Part shown: positions 21,214 through 31,047 of the stretch, piece by piece | Numbering within the stretch: position 1 is the first letter of the stretch | Layout: each line of letters begins with the position of its first letter | From: a virus | Lineage: Duplodnaviria; Caudoviricetes | Reading direction: 5' to 3' (one strand) | Virus record (IMG/VR): IMGVR_UViG_3300031784_000003 | Length of the DNA: 64,000 nt | Program-made: the position numbers and the translations under genes | The notes under the pieces: generated by a model | Databases searched by the model: none | What the model was told of the DNA's origin: nothing | What the model saw: the letters and a program-made list of their open reading frames with translations, nothing else

Positions 21214-22128
21214 ATGCAAATTTTAAAAGAGTTATCAGTTTTTAATAATATAAAATACTATGATGAACCACACACCTATTATATTAATGGGGTTAAAGCG
21301 ATATCGTGTACAGGACTAATCCATAAATTTGAAGAGGATTTTGAGGATGGTATTTTAAAACCCGATAGATGGGCGGAAAAACAAGGACATATATTCAATG
21401 CCAAAAGTATGGCGGATAGGTACGCTAATAAACAAAATTATTATCCTATGGAATCTGATCCTTATGGTAGACCAGATTACTCTAACCCTAAACCTAAATC
21501 GGAATGGATTACAGAAGAGCAAATTAAATCTGAGTGGAGATATAAAAATATACATGCAACGTATGAAGGTTCTACATTACACGATTATATAGAAAATTAT
21601 ATAAGTAATAAAATAAAACCTGAACCTAAGATAAGTCCTGAAGGTTTAATGTTTGAGGAAATAGAATCTACATACAATATAATGAAAGGGTATTTTCATA
21701 ATTTTTATAATGATACTATCGCACAAGGTAAATTAATTCCTGTTAAATCAGAATTAGTGGTTGGAGATGAGGAATTGATGTTATGTGGGATGGTGGATCA
21801 AATTTTTTGGAATGTTAAATACCAGTGTTTACAAATATGGGATTGGAAAACAAATACCTTATTGAAGATGTATAATGAATATGGTAATAAAATGAAACAT
21901 TGTTTAAAAGATTTGGATGTTTGTGAATTTAATACATATTCATTACAATTAAATGTCTATAAAAAAATAATAGAGAGAAATACTAATTTAAGATTTGGTG
22001 ATTGTTATTTAGTTTGGTATAATGAAGAAAATTCTAATTATGAAATTATTAAATGTGAAGAATATTCACATTATGTAGATGATATGTTTCATATGTTACA
22101 AACAGAAAGAGAATTATTATTTAAATAA
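21214..22128 (+). CDS. PD-(D/E)XK exonuclease
   Basis: GSTLHDYIE, SELVV..LCGMVDQIF..IWDWKTN and YSLQLNVY motifs. Confidence 0.8.
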   Translation: MQILKELSVFNNIKYYDEPHTYYINGVKAISCTGLIHKFEEDFEDGILKPDRWAEKQGHIFNAKSMADRYANKQNYYPMESDPYGRPDYSNPKPKSEWITEEQIKSEWRYKNIHATYEGSTLHDYIENYISNKIKPEPKISPEGLMFEEIESTYNIMKGYFHNFYNDTIAQGKLIPVKSELVVGDEELMLCGMVDQIFWNVKYQCLQIWDWKTNTLLKMYNEYGNKMKHCLKDLDVCEFNTYSLQLNVYKKIIERNTNLRFGDCYLVWYNEENSNYEIIKCEEYSHYVDDMFHMLQTERELLFK

Positions 22129-22166
22129 TACTTTGAATCGGTTAAATAAATTAATATATTTGTATT

Positions 22167-22985
22167 ATGGTAAAAAAATTATTTCACATTGCGGATTTAC
22201 ACTTCAGAACATACAAAAGATTAGATGAGTCTGAAGAAGTCTGTAAACTATTTATAGAAGAAGTTTCTGAATATTTTAAGGAACATAATCTTTCTTATAA
22301 TGAGGCTAGAATTGTTATAGTTGGGGATATAGTCCACCAAAAAATAACTATTTCAAATGAACTATTTGCACTCATAACTTGGTTTTTTAATGAATGTAGT
22401 AAATTATGTCCTGTAGTTATTATTGCTGGAAATCATGATTTGTTAGAGAATAATAAAGATAGGTTAGATAGTATTACTCCAATAGTTAATGCAATTAATA
22501 ATGATAATGTTAGATACTATAAAGATAGCATATGTTATGAGGATGATAATATAGTTTGGTGCGTTTATTCTATATTTGAAGAGAATCATAGACCTAATAT
22601 AGAAGAATTTAAAAAATTAATTGGTAACGATAAAAAATATATTGGACTTTATCATGCACCTGTTACAGGTGCCATTACTTCTATTGGTTTTGAATTTGAA
22701 GAAAGTGTAGAATTATCTCAGTTTGATGGATGTGACGCAGTTCTAATGGGTGATATTCACCATAGACAAAATTTTACTTACAAAGGAATTAACATTGCCT
22801 ATTGTGGGAGTTTAATCCAACAAGATTTTGGAGAAAGAGTTGACAATCATGGTTACTTAATTTGGGACGTTAATGATTTAACTTATACAGAACATAATAT
22901 AAAAAATAATTACGGTTATTATGTTTTTAGAATAAATTCTTTGGATGATATTGAAGAAGAAAGAGAATATATAACAAATTACTAA
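22167..22985 (+). CDS. SbcD/Mre11-like (gp47-like) recombination nuclease
   Basis: HIADLH, GDIVH, AGNHD, GDIH and YCGS metallophosphoesterase motifs; upstream of SbcC-like gene. Confidence 0.85.
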   Translation: MVKKLFHIADLHFRTYKRLDESEEVCKLFIEEVSEYFKEHNLSYNEARIVIVGDIVHQKITISNELFALITWFFNECSKLCPVVIIAGNHDLLENNKDRLDSITPIVNAINNDNVRYYKDSICYEDDNIVWCVYSIFEENHRPNIEEFKKLIGNDKKYIGLYHAPVTGAITSIGFEFEESVELSQFDGCDAVLMGDIHHRQNFTYKGINIAYCGSLIQQDFGERVDNHGYLIWDVNDLTYTEHNIKNNYGYYVFRINSLDDIEEEREYITNY

Positions 22986-23596
22986 TGGAAATACCTAAAA
23001 AAATAAAAGACGATATTTGGGAATATTGTAAAATAAACGATATATCAAACATAGATGAGTTTATCATAAAAATGGTTAAACTAGGGTTTACTTCAGAAAA
23101 ATATGGATCAACACCTTTAGGTACTACACAAACTGTGGAGGTAGAAAAAATTGTAGAAGTACCTGTTGATGTAATAAAGGAGGTTATTGTTGAAAAAGAG
23201 GTAATTAAAGAAGTCCCAGTAGAAAAAATTATCACAAAAATAGAATATGTTAGTGATAAACAAAGTGAAAATGAACTGTTCGGAAAAATCGAACAGTTGG
23301 AACAAGATATTTTCCAATTAAATGAACAAATGGGTTTAGAAAGTAAAAATTTTTCCACTAAAACCAAAGAAATGGAAAAAAATTTCCAAAAAGAGATAGA
23401 TAAAAAAAATAAAGAAATTAAAAATTTATCCTCATCATTAGAAAAGATAAAAGATGATAGTTTAAAAAAAGATATGGAAATTGACGAATTAAAAAAATCG
23501 ATTGAGGAGGGGAATAAAAAGATAAATAATAAACCAGATATCTATGGTGAAGATAGTAAAGGTGGTTGGTTCGGTTCAAATTTATTAAAAAAGTAA
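22985..23596 (+). CDS. Coiled-coil hypothetical protein
   Basis: EKIVEVPV/EVIKEVPV repeats followed by a charged coiled coil. Confidence 0.6.
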   Translation: MEIPKKIKDDIWEYCKINDISNIDEFIIKMVKLGFTSEKYGSTPLGTTQTVEVEKIVEVPVDVIKEVIVEKEVIKEVPVEKIITKIEYVSDKQSENELFGKIEQLEQDIFQLNEQMGLESKNFSTKTKEMEKNFQKEIDKKNKEIKNLSSSLEKIKDDSLKKDMEIDELKKSIEEGNKKINNKPDIYGEDSKGGWFGSNLLKK

Positions 23597-23597
23597 T

Positions 23598-25967
23598 ATG
23601 AGTGTTATAAAAAAAGAAAACAAAATTAAATTACCTGAAAAGGCTCAAATAAGAATTGATTGGAAGGGTTATCCTGAAGAAAGGACTTTAGAGAGTGTAA
23701 ATAGAGTTAAAACCTATTTTTCTGAAAAATATGGTGTACCTAAAGGATCAATCAAAATTAACTTTATTCCTATATTAAAAAATAGTGTTGGTAAAGTAAT
23801 TGATATTACTGATGGTTTAATTGATAATATAATGGATACCGCATACCAAAGAAATTTATTTGTGGAGTGGTTAAAATTAAATGAAGTAAGTATCGAATAT
23901 GATAGATTGTGTAGATTAGACGATAAGGTTAATGAGGTTTTGATAAACAATGAAGAAGAAGATGTTAGGTATAGAAGATGGAGTATTAAAAATATATGGT
24001 TAGATAATTTTTTATCTTTTGGTAATAATAATAATATAACATACAAAAATCTTAACGGGTTAACAGTAGTAAACTCAATACCTGCAAATCAAGGGGGTAA
24101 AACTATTTTTACTATTGATTCACTTTTATTTTTATTTTTTGGAAAAACTACTAAAACAGAAGTCGCTTCAGAAATTTTTAATACTTTTTCTAATAAAGAT
24201 ACTGTTACTGTTGGTGGGCAAATAGAAATTGATGGTGATGAGTATATAATAGAAAGAGGTTTAAGTAGAAAACTATCTAAAACTGGTGAATATAAAGTGT
24301 CTTCATCATTAGATTTTTATAAAATTTTATCTGATGGTTCAAAAGAAAACTTAGAGGGTGAACAAAGAAGGGAAACCGATAAGTTAATTGCAGAAACTAT
24401 TGGTAGTTATGATGATTTTATGTTGACTATAGTTGCCACTGCAAAAAATTTAGAGGACTTAATTGAAACCAAACCGACACAAAGGGGTAGGTTATTAACT
24501 AAATTTATCGGTTTAGAAGTTATAGAGAAAAAAGAAGATATTAATAAGACACTAATGTCAGATTTCAAAAGTAAGATGAAATCAAATCACTATAACACAA
24601 AACAATTAGAAATTGATAATGAAGAATATGGTAGAATTATTAGTGAAAATAGAATAGACATTAAAGAATATGAAAAAACTTTAGAGTCTACTATTGAAAA
24701 AATAAAAGATTCTACAGTTAAAAAAGAAGAAGTGTTGGGTAAGAGATACATTATTGATGAAGAAATTATTAAAGTCAATCCCATCACACTTAATAAAGAA
24801 ATAGAAGATTTAAAAAACACAGGTGTATCATTAAATCAAAAATTAGTTGGTATTGAAAATGATATAAAAAAAATACCTAAATTTTCTTATGATGAACAGG
24901 TTCACGATGAACTTAGAGAAGAAGAGAAAAAAATAATGTTAGATAAAAATAATATAGAAAATGTTATTAAGAATTTAGAAAAAACTATATTAGATTTAAA
25001 AAATGGTGAGATTTGCCCTACCTGTAAAAGATCTTTAGAAGAAGTTGATCACACATCTGAGATACTTGAAAATGAAAAAAATGTTGAAGATAAGAAAAAA
25101 GAATTAGAAAATGTTTCAGAAACATTAGACTCTATACTGAAAAAATTAACAGATATTTCAGAAGAGAAAAAAAATTCAGACTTATTTGATAGATTGAGTA
25201 TGTCTAAAGATAAGACAGATATTGAAATTGAAAAAATGAGAGTAGAATATAAAGAAAAAAATAATTTATTAAAAAATTATGAAAAAAATTCTACTTTTAT
25301 TGAAGAAAATAGAAAATTAGAAAGTACTATTTTAGGGTATAACCAATTAATTGAAACTTTAGAAGTTGAGAAAGATAGTATTAAAAATAAGATACAAACA
25401 TTATCTACCGATATTACATTAAAAGAAAATTCAATTACCGAAAATAAAAAAATTATAGAGATAATTAAAAAGGAAGAAGATGTTCTTAAAATTTTTGAAG
25501 TCTATGGTAAAATGATTGGTAAGAATGGTATATCTAAATTAGTTTTATCTTCTGTAATACCTATCATAAATTACGAACTAACTAGATTATTAGATGAAGT
25601 GTGTGATTTCGAAGTCCAGTTAGAAATAAATGATAAAAATGAAGTAGATTTTCTTATAATAAAGAATGATGTTATTAAAAAACTTAGGACTGGATCTGGT
25701 TTAGAGACAACATTAGCGTCATTAGCCTTACGTTCAGTATTAGGTAGAGTCTCAACGTTACCAAAACCAAATGTGATAGTATTTGATGAGGTGTTAGGTA
25801 AGGTAGCAAACATTAATTTGGATCAGGTAAAAATATTTTTTGATAAGATTAAAAAAATGTATGATACTATTTTATTGATAAGTCATAACCCATTAGTTCA
25901 AGATTGGGCTGACAAAATTATCACTGTAGAGAAAATAGATGACATTTCTACTTTGCAAATTAAATAA
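23598..25967 (+). CDS. SbcC/Rad50-like (gp46-like) ATPase
   Basis: Walker A NQGGKT, CPTC zinc hook, signature-like GSGLE, Walker B VFDEV, H-loop ISH. Confidence 0.9.
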   Translation: MSVIKKENKIKLPEKAQIRIDWKGYPEERTLESVNRVKTYFSEKYGVPKGSIKINFIPILKNSVGKVIDITDGLIDNIMDTAYQRNLFVEWLKLNEVSIEYDRLCRLDDKVNEVLINNEEEDVRYRRWSIKNIWLDNFLSFGNNNNITYKNLNGLTVVNSIPANQGGKTIFTIDSLLFLFFGKTTKTEVASEIFNTFSNKDTVTVGGQIEIDGDEYIIERGLSRKLSKTGEYKVSSSLDFYKILSDGSKENLEGEQRRETDKLIAETIGSYDDFMLTIVATAKNLEDLIETKPTQRGRLLTKFIGLEVIEKKEDINKTLMSDFKSKMKSNHYNTKQLEIDNEEYGRIISENRIDIKEYEKTLESTIEKIKDSTVKKEEVLGKRYIIDEEIIKVNPITLNKEIEDLKNTGVSLNQKLVGIENDIKKIPKFSYDEQVHDELREEEKKIMLDKNNIENVIKNLEKTILDLKNGEICPTCKRSLEEVDHTSEILENEKNVEDKKKELENVSETLDSILKKLTDISEEKKNSDLFDRLSMSKDKTDIEIEKMRVEYKEKNNLLKNYEKNSTFIEENRKLESTILGYNQLIETLEVEKDSIKNKIQTLSTDITLKENSITENKKIIEIIKKEEDVLKIFEVYGKMIGKNGISKLVLSSVIPIINYELTRLLDEVCDFEVQLEINDKNEVDFLIIKNDVIKKLRTGSGLETTLASLALRSVLGRVSTLPKPNVIVFDEVLGKVANINLDQVKIFFDKIKKMYDTILLISHNPLVQDWADKIITVEKIDDISTLQIK

Positions 25968-26008
25968 TAATTAGTATTTTTGACAGTAAATAATTTAATG
26001 TATGATTT

Positions 26009-26509
26009 TTGTTAATATTTATAGGTATGGAAAATAATTTTTTAAAGTCTTACTGTTTAGTTGTGTTAGATGGTAAAGAAAGTTTGATGGACGTTTTAAG
26101 TCATATATCAGAAACTAATGTAAATTTTGTTAGTGGCAAATTTGTCGGTGGTGAGAAATTAGTTATTGCGACATTAAAAAGTTCGTTTAACATCTTAGAA
26201 ATTGAAGAATTACTTAATATGGTTATTAAATCTTATGTGATATTTGAAATGACACCAGGATTTTATGGTGCAAAATTAGAGAATGAATCATATCAAGAGG
26301 CTTTATTTGGTAAAGAAATGAATAAATTACCTTTTATTAAGATACAGGAGGCGTTAAAGAAAATTAATGATGAAATGATTGACACCTTTACTGATTTTAC
26401 TAAAAAAGAATACCCATCTAAAAGTTTAGAGGAAGAATTAAAACATGCGTTAGACAATGAAGATTATGAAACTGCCGCAAAATTACGTGATAAATTAAAA
26501 AATAAATAA
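26009..26509 (+). CDS. Protein with C-terminal UVR (UvrB/C) motif
   Basis: LEEELKHALDNEDYETAAKLRDKL; ATG at 26027 is a likelier start. Confidence 0.7.
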   Translation: MLIFIGMENNFLKSYCLVVLDGKESLMDVLSHISETNVNFVSGKFVGGEKLVIATLKSSFNILEIEELLNMVIKSYVIFEMTPGFYGAKLENESYQEALFGKEMNKLPFIKIQEALKKINDEMIDTFTDFTKKEYPSKSLEEELKHALDNEDYETAAKLRDKLKNK

Positions 26510-26518
26510 AGTTTACAT

Positions 26519-27316
26519 ATGACAAATAAGTATATTGACTTATCAGAAGACTCATTAAATTTGTATTTAAAAGACGTTAGAAAAAACGAAATAATTACGA
26601 TTGATGAAGAAGTAGAATTAGCGAAAAGAATAAAAGATGGTGATGAAGTAGCGTTAAACAAATTAGTTACTGCCAATCTTAGATTTGTTATTAAAATTGC
26701 CAAAGAGTATCAAAATCAAGGGTTACCTGTGGCAGATTTAATATCTGAAGGTAATTACGGTTTAATAACTGCAGCGAAAAAATTTGATCACACTAAAGGG
26801 TTTAGATTTATATCTTATGCAATATGGTGGATTAAACAATCTATTCTACAATCATTAAATGATAATTCTAGGACAGTTAGATTACCTGGTAATATAATTA
26901 ACAAATTATCTAAGATAAAAAAACAAATTGAGTTTTTTGAAAAACAAAATCATAGAGGTCCACAGAATGATGAGGTAGAACAGATTAGTACACCCACTTG
27001 TATATCTTATAATGTGACAATAAATGAGGATGGTGATGAAATGATTAATTTAATTGAAGATAAATTCTTTAATAGTCCTGATACATTTCACGATGAAGAA
27101 GAATACCTTAAAGCAAGAGAAATGTCTAAGGCAATAAGAGGGTTATCATCTAGAGAAATTGAAATTGTTAATTGTTATTATGGTATTAATGGAGAACCTA
27201 TGACATTAGAAATGATTGGGGATGAAGTAGGTTTAACAAAAGAAAGGGTTAGACAAATTAAAGAAGGGGCAATAAGGAAAATAAGGAATAATATAGGTGG
27301 GGTATTTAATATCTAA
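26519..27316 (+). CDS. RpoD/sigma-70-family sigma factor
   Basis: Region 1.2 LNLYLKDV, region 2 ANLRFV..DLISEGNYGL..RFISYAIWWIKQ, region 4 TLEMIGDEVGLTKERVRQI. Confidence 0.92.
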   Translation: MTNKYIDLSEDSLNLYLKDVRKNEIITIDEEVELAKRIKDGDEVALNKLVTANLRFVIKIAKEYQNQGLPVADLISEGNYGLITAAKKFDHTKGFRFISYAIWWIKQSILQSLNDNSRTVRLPGNIINKLSKIKKQIEFFEKQNHRGPQNDEVEQISTPTCISYNVTINEDGDEMINLIEDKFFNSPDTFHDEEEYLKAREMSKAIRGLSSREIEIVNCYYGINGEPMTLEMIGDEVGLTKERVRQIKEGAIRKIRNNIGGVFNI

Positions 27317-27324
27317 CAGTAAAT

Positions 27325-27347
27325 GAGGGGGTTCTATACCCCCTTTT
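27325..27347 (+). terminator. Intrinsic terminator
   Basis: GAGGGGG-ttctata-CCCCCTT followed by Ts. Confidence 0.65.
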
Positions 27348-27397
27348 CTATTTACTTTAAAATTTAAAATTATTATATTTATAAATAAAAATTAGTT

Positions 27398-27727
27398 ATG
27401 AAAAAAATTATTGAGTTTGTTAAAAATTATAAGATTTATATCTTATCTACGTTATTGTTCATTTTCTTACTTCGATCTTGTGTAAAATCTGGTGAGGTTA
27501 GAAAATTAGAAAAAGAAAACATCAAAACAGAAAAAGTTATAGATAGTTTAAATTTATTGGTTAACGGTCAAAGTGATACAATTAAAAATATAACTGAGGT
27601 TATTAGAGTTGAAAAATTAAAGGTTCATAGAGATTATGATAATTTTATTTCTAAAAAAGATAGAGGTGAACAATTAATGGAACTTCATATGGTTGTTAAA
27701 GAAAACATTAAGAAACTTGAAAAATAA
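27398..27727 (+). CDS. Membrane-anchored coiled-coil protein (possible lysis accessory)
   Basis: N-terminal hydrophobic helix ending LLRSC. Confidence 0.5.
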   Translation: MKKIIEFVKNYKIYILSTLLFIFLLRSCVKSGEVRKLEKENIKTEKVIDSLNLLVNGQSDTIKNITEVIRVEKLKVHRDYDNFISKKDRGEQLMELHMVVKENIKKLEK

Positions 27728-27733
27728 ATTAAT

Positions 27734-28810
27734 ATGATTGGTATTTGGAATTGGATAAAAAATAATCCTAATAGGGCTATGTTTTTAGTACCTATTTTAT
27801 TAGTTGCTGGTATATCTATTTCTCACGTAGTTACTTGGTATGATATTGCAAACCCATTAAATTGGGCGATTTATTTATCTATTGCAATTGAAGTTGGTGC
27901 GATGACTGCGTTAGTTGCTGCAACTAATAAGATTAAAGGGGGTGTTTGGTTTATGTTTGGGTTAGTTACATTAATTCAAATGATAGGAAATATATTTTTC
28001 TCATTTAAAGAGATAGACAGTAATGGTGATTTATTTAAATCATGGGTTGAATTAACTGGTCCATTATGGGAAATGGTTGGTTCTGACCCTACTGACTCTA
28101 TTTCTATGAAAAGATGGTTATCATTCTTAGAAGGTGGTTTATTACCTATCATTTCATTAACATCATTACATTTCTTTGTTAAATATGACACTGTAAATGA
28201 CACTGTAAATGATGATACGAAATCGATTATTGAAACTACTGAAACAATTAATGACAATATCAGAGTTATATTGGAAGACATTGGTGATGAGGGAATGGGT
28301 GAGGGTGTGTCTGAAACTGTAAATGATGAAGTTGTTGATAAACTAACAAAATTACAAGGTGATAATATAAGGGTAAAGGGAGAAGAGACTGAAGATGTAC
28401 CTCATACTGACTCAATTGAAAACGGAACATACGAAACAACTAAATTGGTTAATGAATATAATGAAGAATCCAAAAAAGTTTGGGATAAAGTTCGTGAATT
28501 AAGAGAAGAAGGTAAATTACCAACTCAGGAAGAAATTGAGGATGAACCAACGGCATTAGCGTTCACACCATATGAAAATGAGGAAGATGATTTTTCTGAT
28601 TTAGACAATACATTATTAGATGGGATAGAAGAAGAAAATATTATCTCATTGAGTGAAGAAGATACTAATGTTTTTGTGGAAGAAGTTACTAAAGAACCTG
28701 AATCACCGAATGAAGTTTTAGAAAATGCCTTAAAAAAGTATAAAGAATCTAAAGGTATTTTCGAATCACCAATTAAAAATAAAAAAACTAATATTAAAAG
28801 GATTGATTAA
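27734..28810 (+). CDS. Multi-pass membrane protein with acidic tail
   Basis: About four hydrophobic segments in the first 150 aa followed by an E/D-rich tail. Confidence 0.6.
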   Translation: MIGIWNWIKNNPNRAMFLVPILLVAGISISHVVTWYDIANPLNWAIYLSIAIEVGAMTALVAATNKIKGGVWFMFGLVTLIQMIGNIFFSFKEIDSNGDLFKSWVELTGPLWEMVGSDPTDSISMKRWLSFLEGGLLPIISLTSLHFFVKYDTVNDTVNDDTKSIIETTETINDNIRVILEDIGDEGMGEGVSETVNDEVVDKLTKLQGDNIRVKGEETEDVPHTDSIENGTYETTKLVNEYNEESKKVWDKVRELREEGKLPTQEEIEDEPTALAFTPYENEEDDFSDLDNTLLDGIEEENIISLSEEDTNVFVEEVTKEPESPNEVLENALKKYKESKGIFESPIKNKKTNIKRID

Positions 28811-29418
28811 TGGACATCAACTTAGAAAAGTATAAGTTAGATGATAAAAATTATTATTTAACTGAATTTAATAAAAGACAGATTGTTATAGGTAATAGTT
28901 TTTCAGAAAAAGATTATCACATAAAAGGATGGCAAAATAGAATGGGTGGAGATTATAAAAAAACCTCCACCTTTACTATTTTTAAAAATGGGGAAATACA
29001 CCAACACTTTGAACCGTCTATGTATTCTGATTTTTTAGATAATAAGTCTATCGATAAAAAGATAATTTCAATATCAATAGAAAATCAAGGTTGGTTACAA
29101 AAAGATTTAACCAGTAATGAGTATTTTAATTGGGTTGGTAATATTTATAAAAAGAATAAAGTTGTATTTGAAAAAAGATGGCGTGGTTATACCTATTGGG
29201 ATAATTACACTAAAAAACAAATTACTGCTTGTTCAGAATTAGTAAGATATCTTTGTGATAAGTATGATATACCAAAGAATTGTGTCGGACATAATACATA
29301 TATTGATGGTATAGAATATTTTGAAGGTGTGACATACAGAAGTAATTATTATAAAGATAGTACAGATTTAAATCCTAGTTGGGATTTTAAAAAATTTAAA
29401 GAATTAATTGAAAAATAA
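28810..29418 (+). CDS. N-acetylmuramoyl-L-alanine amidase-like protein (Amidase_2 fold)
   Basis: STFTI..GEIHQHF, SISIENQG, YTKKQITACSELVRYLCDKYDIP, VGHN; the first Zn ligand looks degenerate. Confidence 0.65.
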   Translation: MDINLEKYKLDDKNYYLTEFNKRQIVIGNSFSEKDYHIKGWQNRMGGDYKKTSTFTIFKNGEIHQHFEPSMYSDFLDNKSIDKKIISISIENQGWLQKDLTSNEYFNWVGNIYKKNKVVFEKRWRGYTYWDNYTKKQITACSELVRYLCDKYDIPKNCVGHNTYIDGIEYFEGVTYRSNYYKDSTDLNPSWDFKKFKELIEK

Positions 29419-29429
29419 AAAATAGAGAT

Positions 29430-29951
29430 ATGAGTGAACATGATGTAACTAAAAAAATGTTAGATATCATAAGAGAATCTAAAGAAAATAGAAAAAATGT
29501 AATCAATGAAAGTTTAAAAAGAAAAAGATTTTTATTTGAGGCAGACAATAAAGAAGATAGAGATTTAGATACTAGCGAACTTACTGAAGAAGAAAAAAAA
29601 TTTAGAGACACTGTTTCACCTAGAGTTAAATTTAATAGATTTAAATTATATCCTAAAGCTCAGAATGTGGAATTTAGTGGTAAATTTACTGATAGTAACA
29701 TTGAGTGGTTTTATTCTTTAGACGATACTAGAGGTGTTTATATTACTGCAGATTTATTACAGTTAAATGATCAAACATTACAACAAATACAAAAATTAGT
29801 TGCGTATTACGAATCTTGGTCAAATGAATGGGCAACTAAAATTGCAGAAGAATATAAAAACGACAATAAAGACGAAGAAAACGCTGAGAAGGGTCCTGAA
29901 AATTTAGAAAATACTGAAGAGACTGAAGACGAAGAAGGTGGTGCGCTATAA
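29430..29951 (+). CDS. Hypothetical protein, probable virion core protein
   Basis: IIRES/VINES leader motifs and acidic tail. Confidence 0.5.
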   Translation: MSEHDVTKKMLDIIRESKENRKNVINESLKRKRFLFEADNKEDRDLDTSELTEEEKKFRDTVSPRVKFNRFKLYPKAQNVEFSGKFTDSNIEWFYSLDDTRGVYITADLLQLNDQTLQQIQKLVAYYESWSNEWATKIAEEYKNDNKDEENAEKGPENLENTEETEDEEGGAL

Positions 29952-30736
29952 TGAAAAATTTTAAAGATATATTATTAATATCATTATCTATTGTTATAAT
30001 AGTTTTATTGTTATTTGGTTGGGTAAAATATAATCAGATGCAAAAAGATTTGCGTGATGAGATAGATGGGGCAAATAAAGCCATATTAAGTATGGATAAA
30101 ACCACAAAAGAATCACAAGGACAATATGCAAAACTAATTAATTATTTTAATACTGAAAAAGATTTAAACCAACAGTTAAAAGAACAAAATGAGGGTTTAT
30201 ATAAGTTAATTAAAAAACAAGACGAAAGACTTCTAATGATAAATAATACAATAGTTACATTAGAAGATAAAATGATGGAAGGTTTTGGTAGTGTTAATAA
30301 AAATGATACAAATAAAATAGATTTAAAATTAACTTACCCTTCTAAAGAAAATAGTTTTATCACTTGGAATGGTTACGTCAATAAAAAAACTGCCTTTTAT
30401 AAGGGTGAATTTTCTTTTGGAAAATTACCATTACAAATTGTTTTAACTGAAACCCAAAGAGGAATATGGAAATCTAGATTAATCGGTCCTGAATGGTTAA
30501 TTGTAGATTCTATGGATATAAATAGTCTACCGTTACCTACACCAGAAAAAGTAAGTAATTGGGGATTATTTTTTGGTGGAGGATACCAAAAAAGTTTTAG
30601 TGTTAATATATCTAACGCATTTTCTTTATCGTTGGCTGCACAATATAGAAGACATATGTTAGTCTTTGATGCAACAACAAATATGCAATTAGGTTTAAGA
30701 TATCTATATAAAATAGAAAATTTTAAAAATAAATAA
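29951..30736 (+). CDS. Membrane-anchored protein, spanin-like candidate
   Basis: N-terminal TM helix, coiled coil, C-terminal amphipathic beta strands (WGLFFGGGY...LGLRYLY). Confidence 0.4.
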   Translation: MKNFKDILLISLSIVIIVLLLFGWVKYNQMQKDLRDEIDGANKAILSMDKTTKESQGQYAKLINYFNTEKDLNQQLKEQNEGLYKLIKKQDERLLMINNTIVTLEDKMMEGFGSVNKNDTNKIDLKLTYPSKENSFITWNGYVNKKTAFYKGEFSFGKLPLQIVLTETQRGIWKSRLIGPEWLIVDSMDINSLPLPTPEKVSNWGLFFGGGYQKSFSVNISNAFSLSLAAQYRRHMLVFDATTNMQLGLRYLYKIENFKNK

Positions 30737-30781
30737 TCATAACTTTTAATTTTTTATAATATTTATATAAAAACATTTTAT

Positions 30782-31042
30782 ATGGATAAAAATCGCTTGA
30801 GATATATTATTGAAGAATCGTTAACACAGACAGACGAAAATCAAATAGGGGTTTTGATAAGAAAAGAAATTAAAAAAGCTTTTGGGGATGATCTTGAAAA
30901 AAAAGTGATACAAATAATAAAAAAAGAACTAAAAGGTAAAGATCTAAGAAAAGATATTACTGATATTAACAAAGATGTTTTAGTTCAACTATACAAAGAA
31001 TTGTGGACTAAAAGACAATTCTGGATAAGCTCAATAAAATAA
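30782..31042 (+). CDS. Small hypothetical protein, probable head protein
   Basis: MDKNRLRYIIEES leader; ATATTTAT upstream. Confidence 0.5.
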   Translation: MDKNRLRYIIEESLTQTDENQIGVLIRKEIKKAFGDDLEKKVIQIIKKELKGKDLRKDITDINKDVLVQLYKELWTKRQFWISSIK

Positions 31043-31047
31043 AAGGT

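Noticed and set aside
21214-22128. Cas4 / CRISPR adaptation gene
   Set aside because: It lacks the four-Cys Fe-S motif and any CRISPR context; it is an ordinary PD-(D/E)XK exonuclease.
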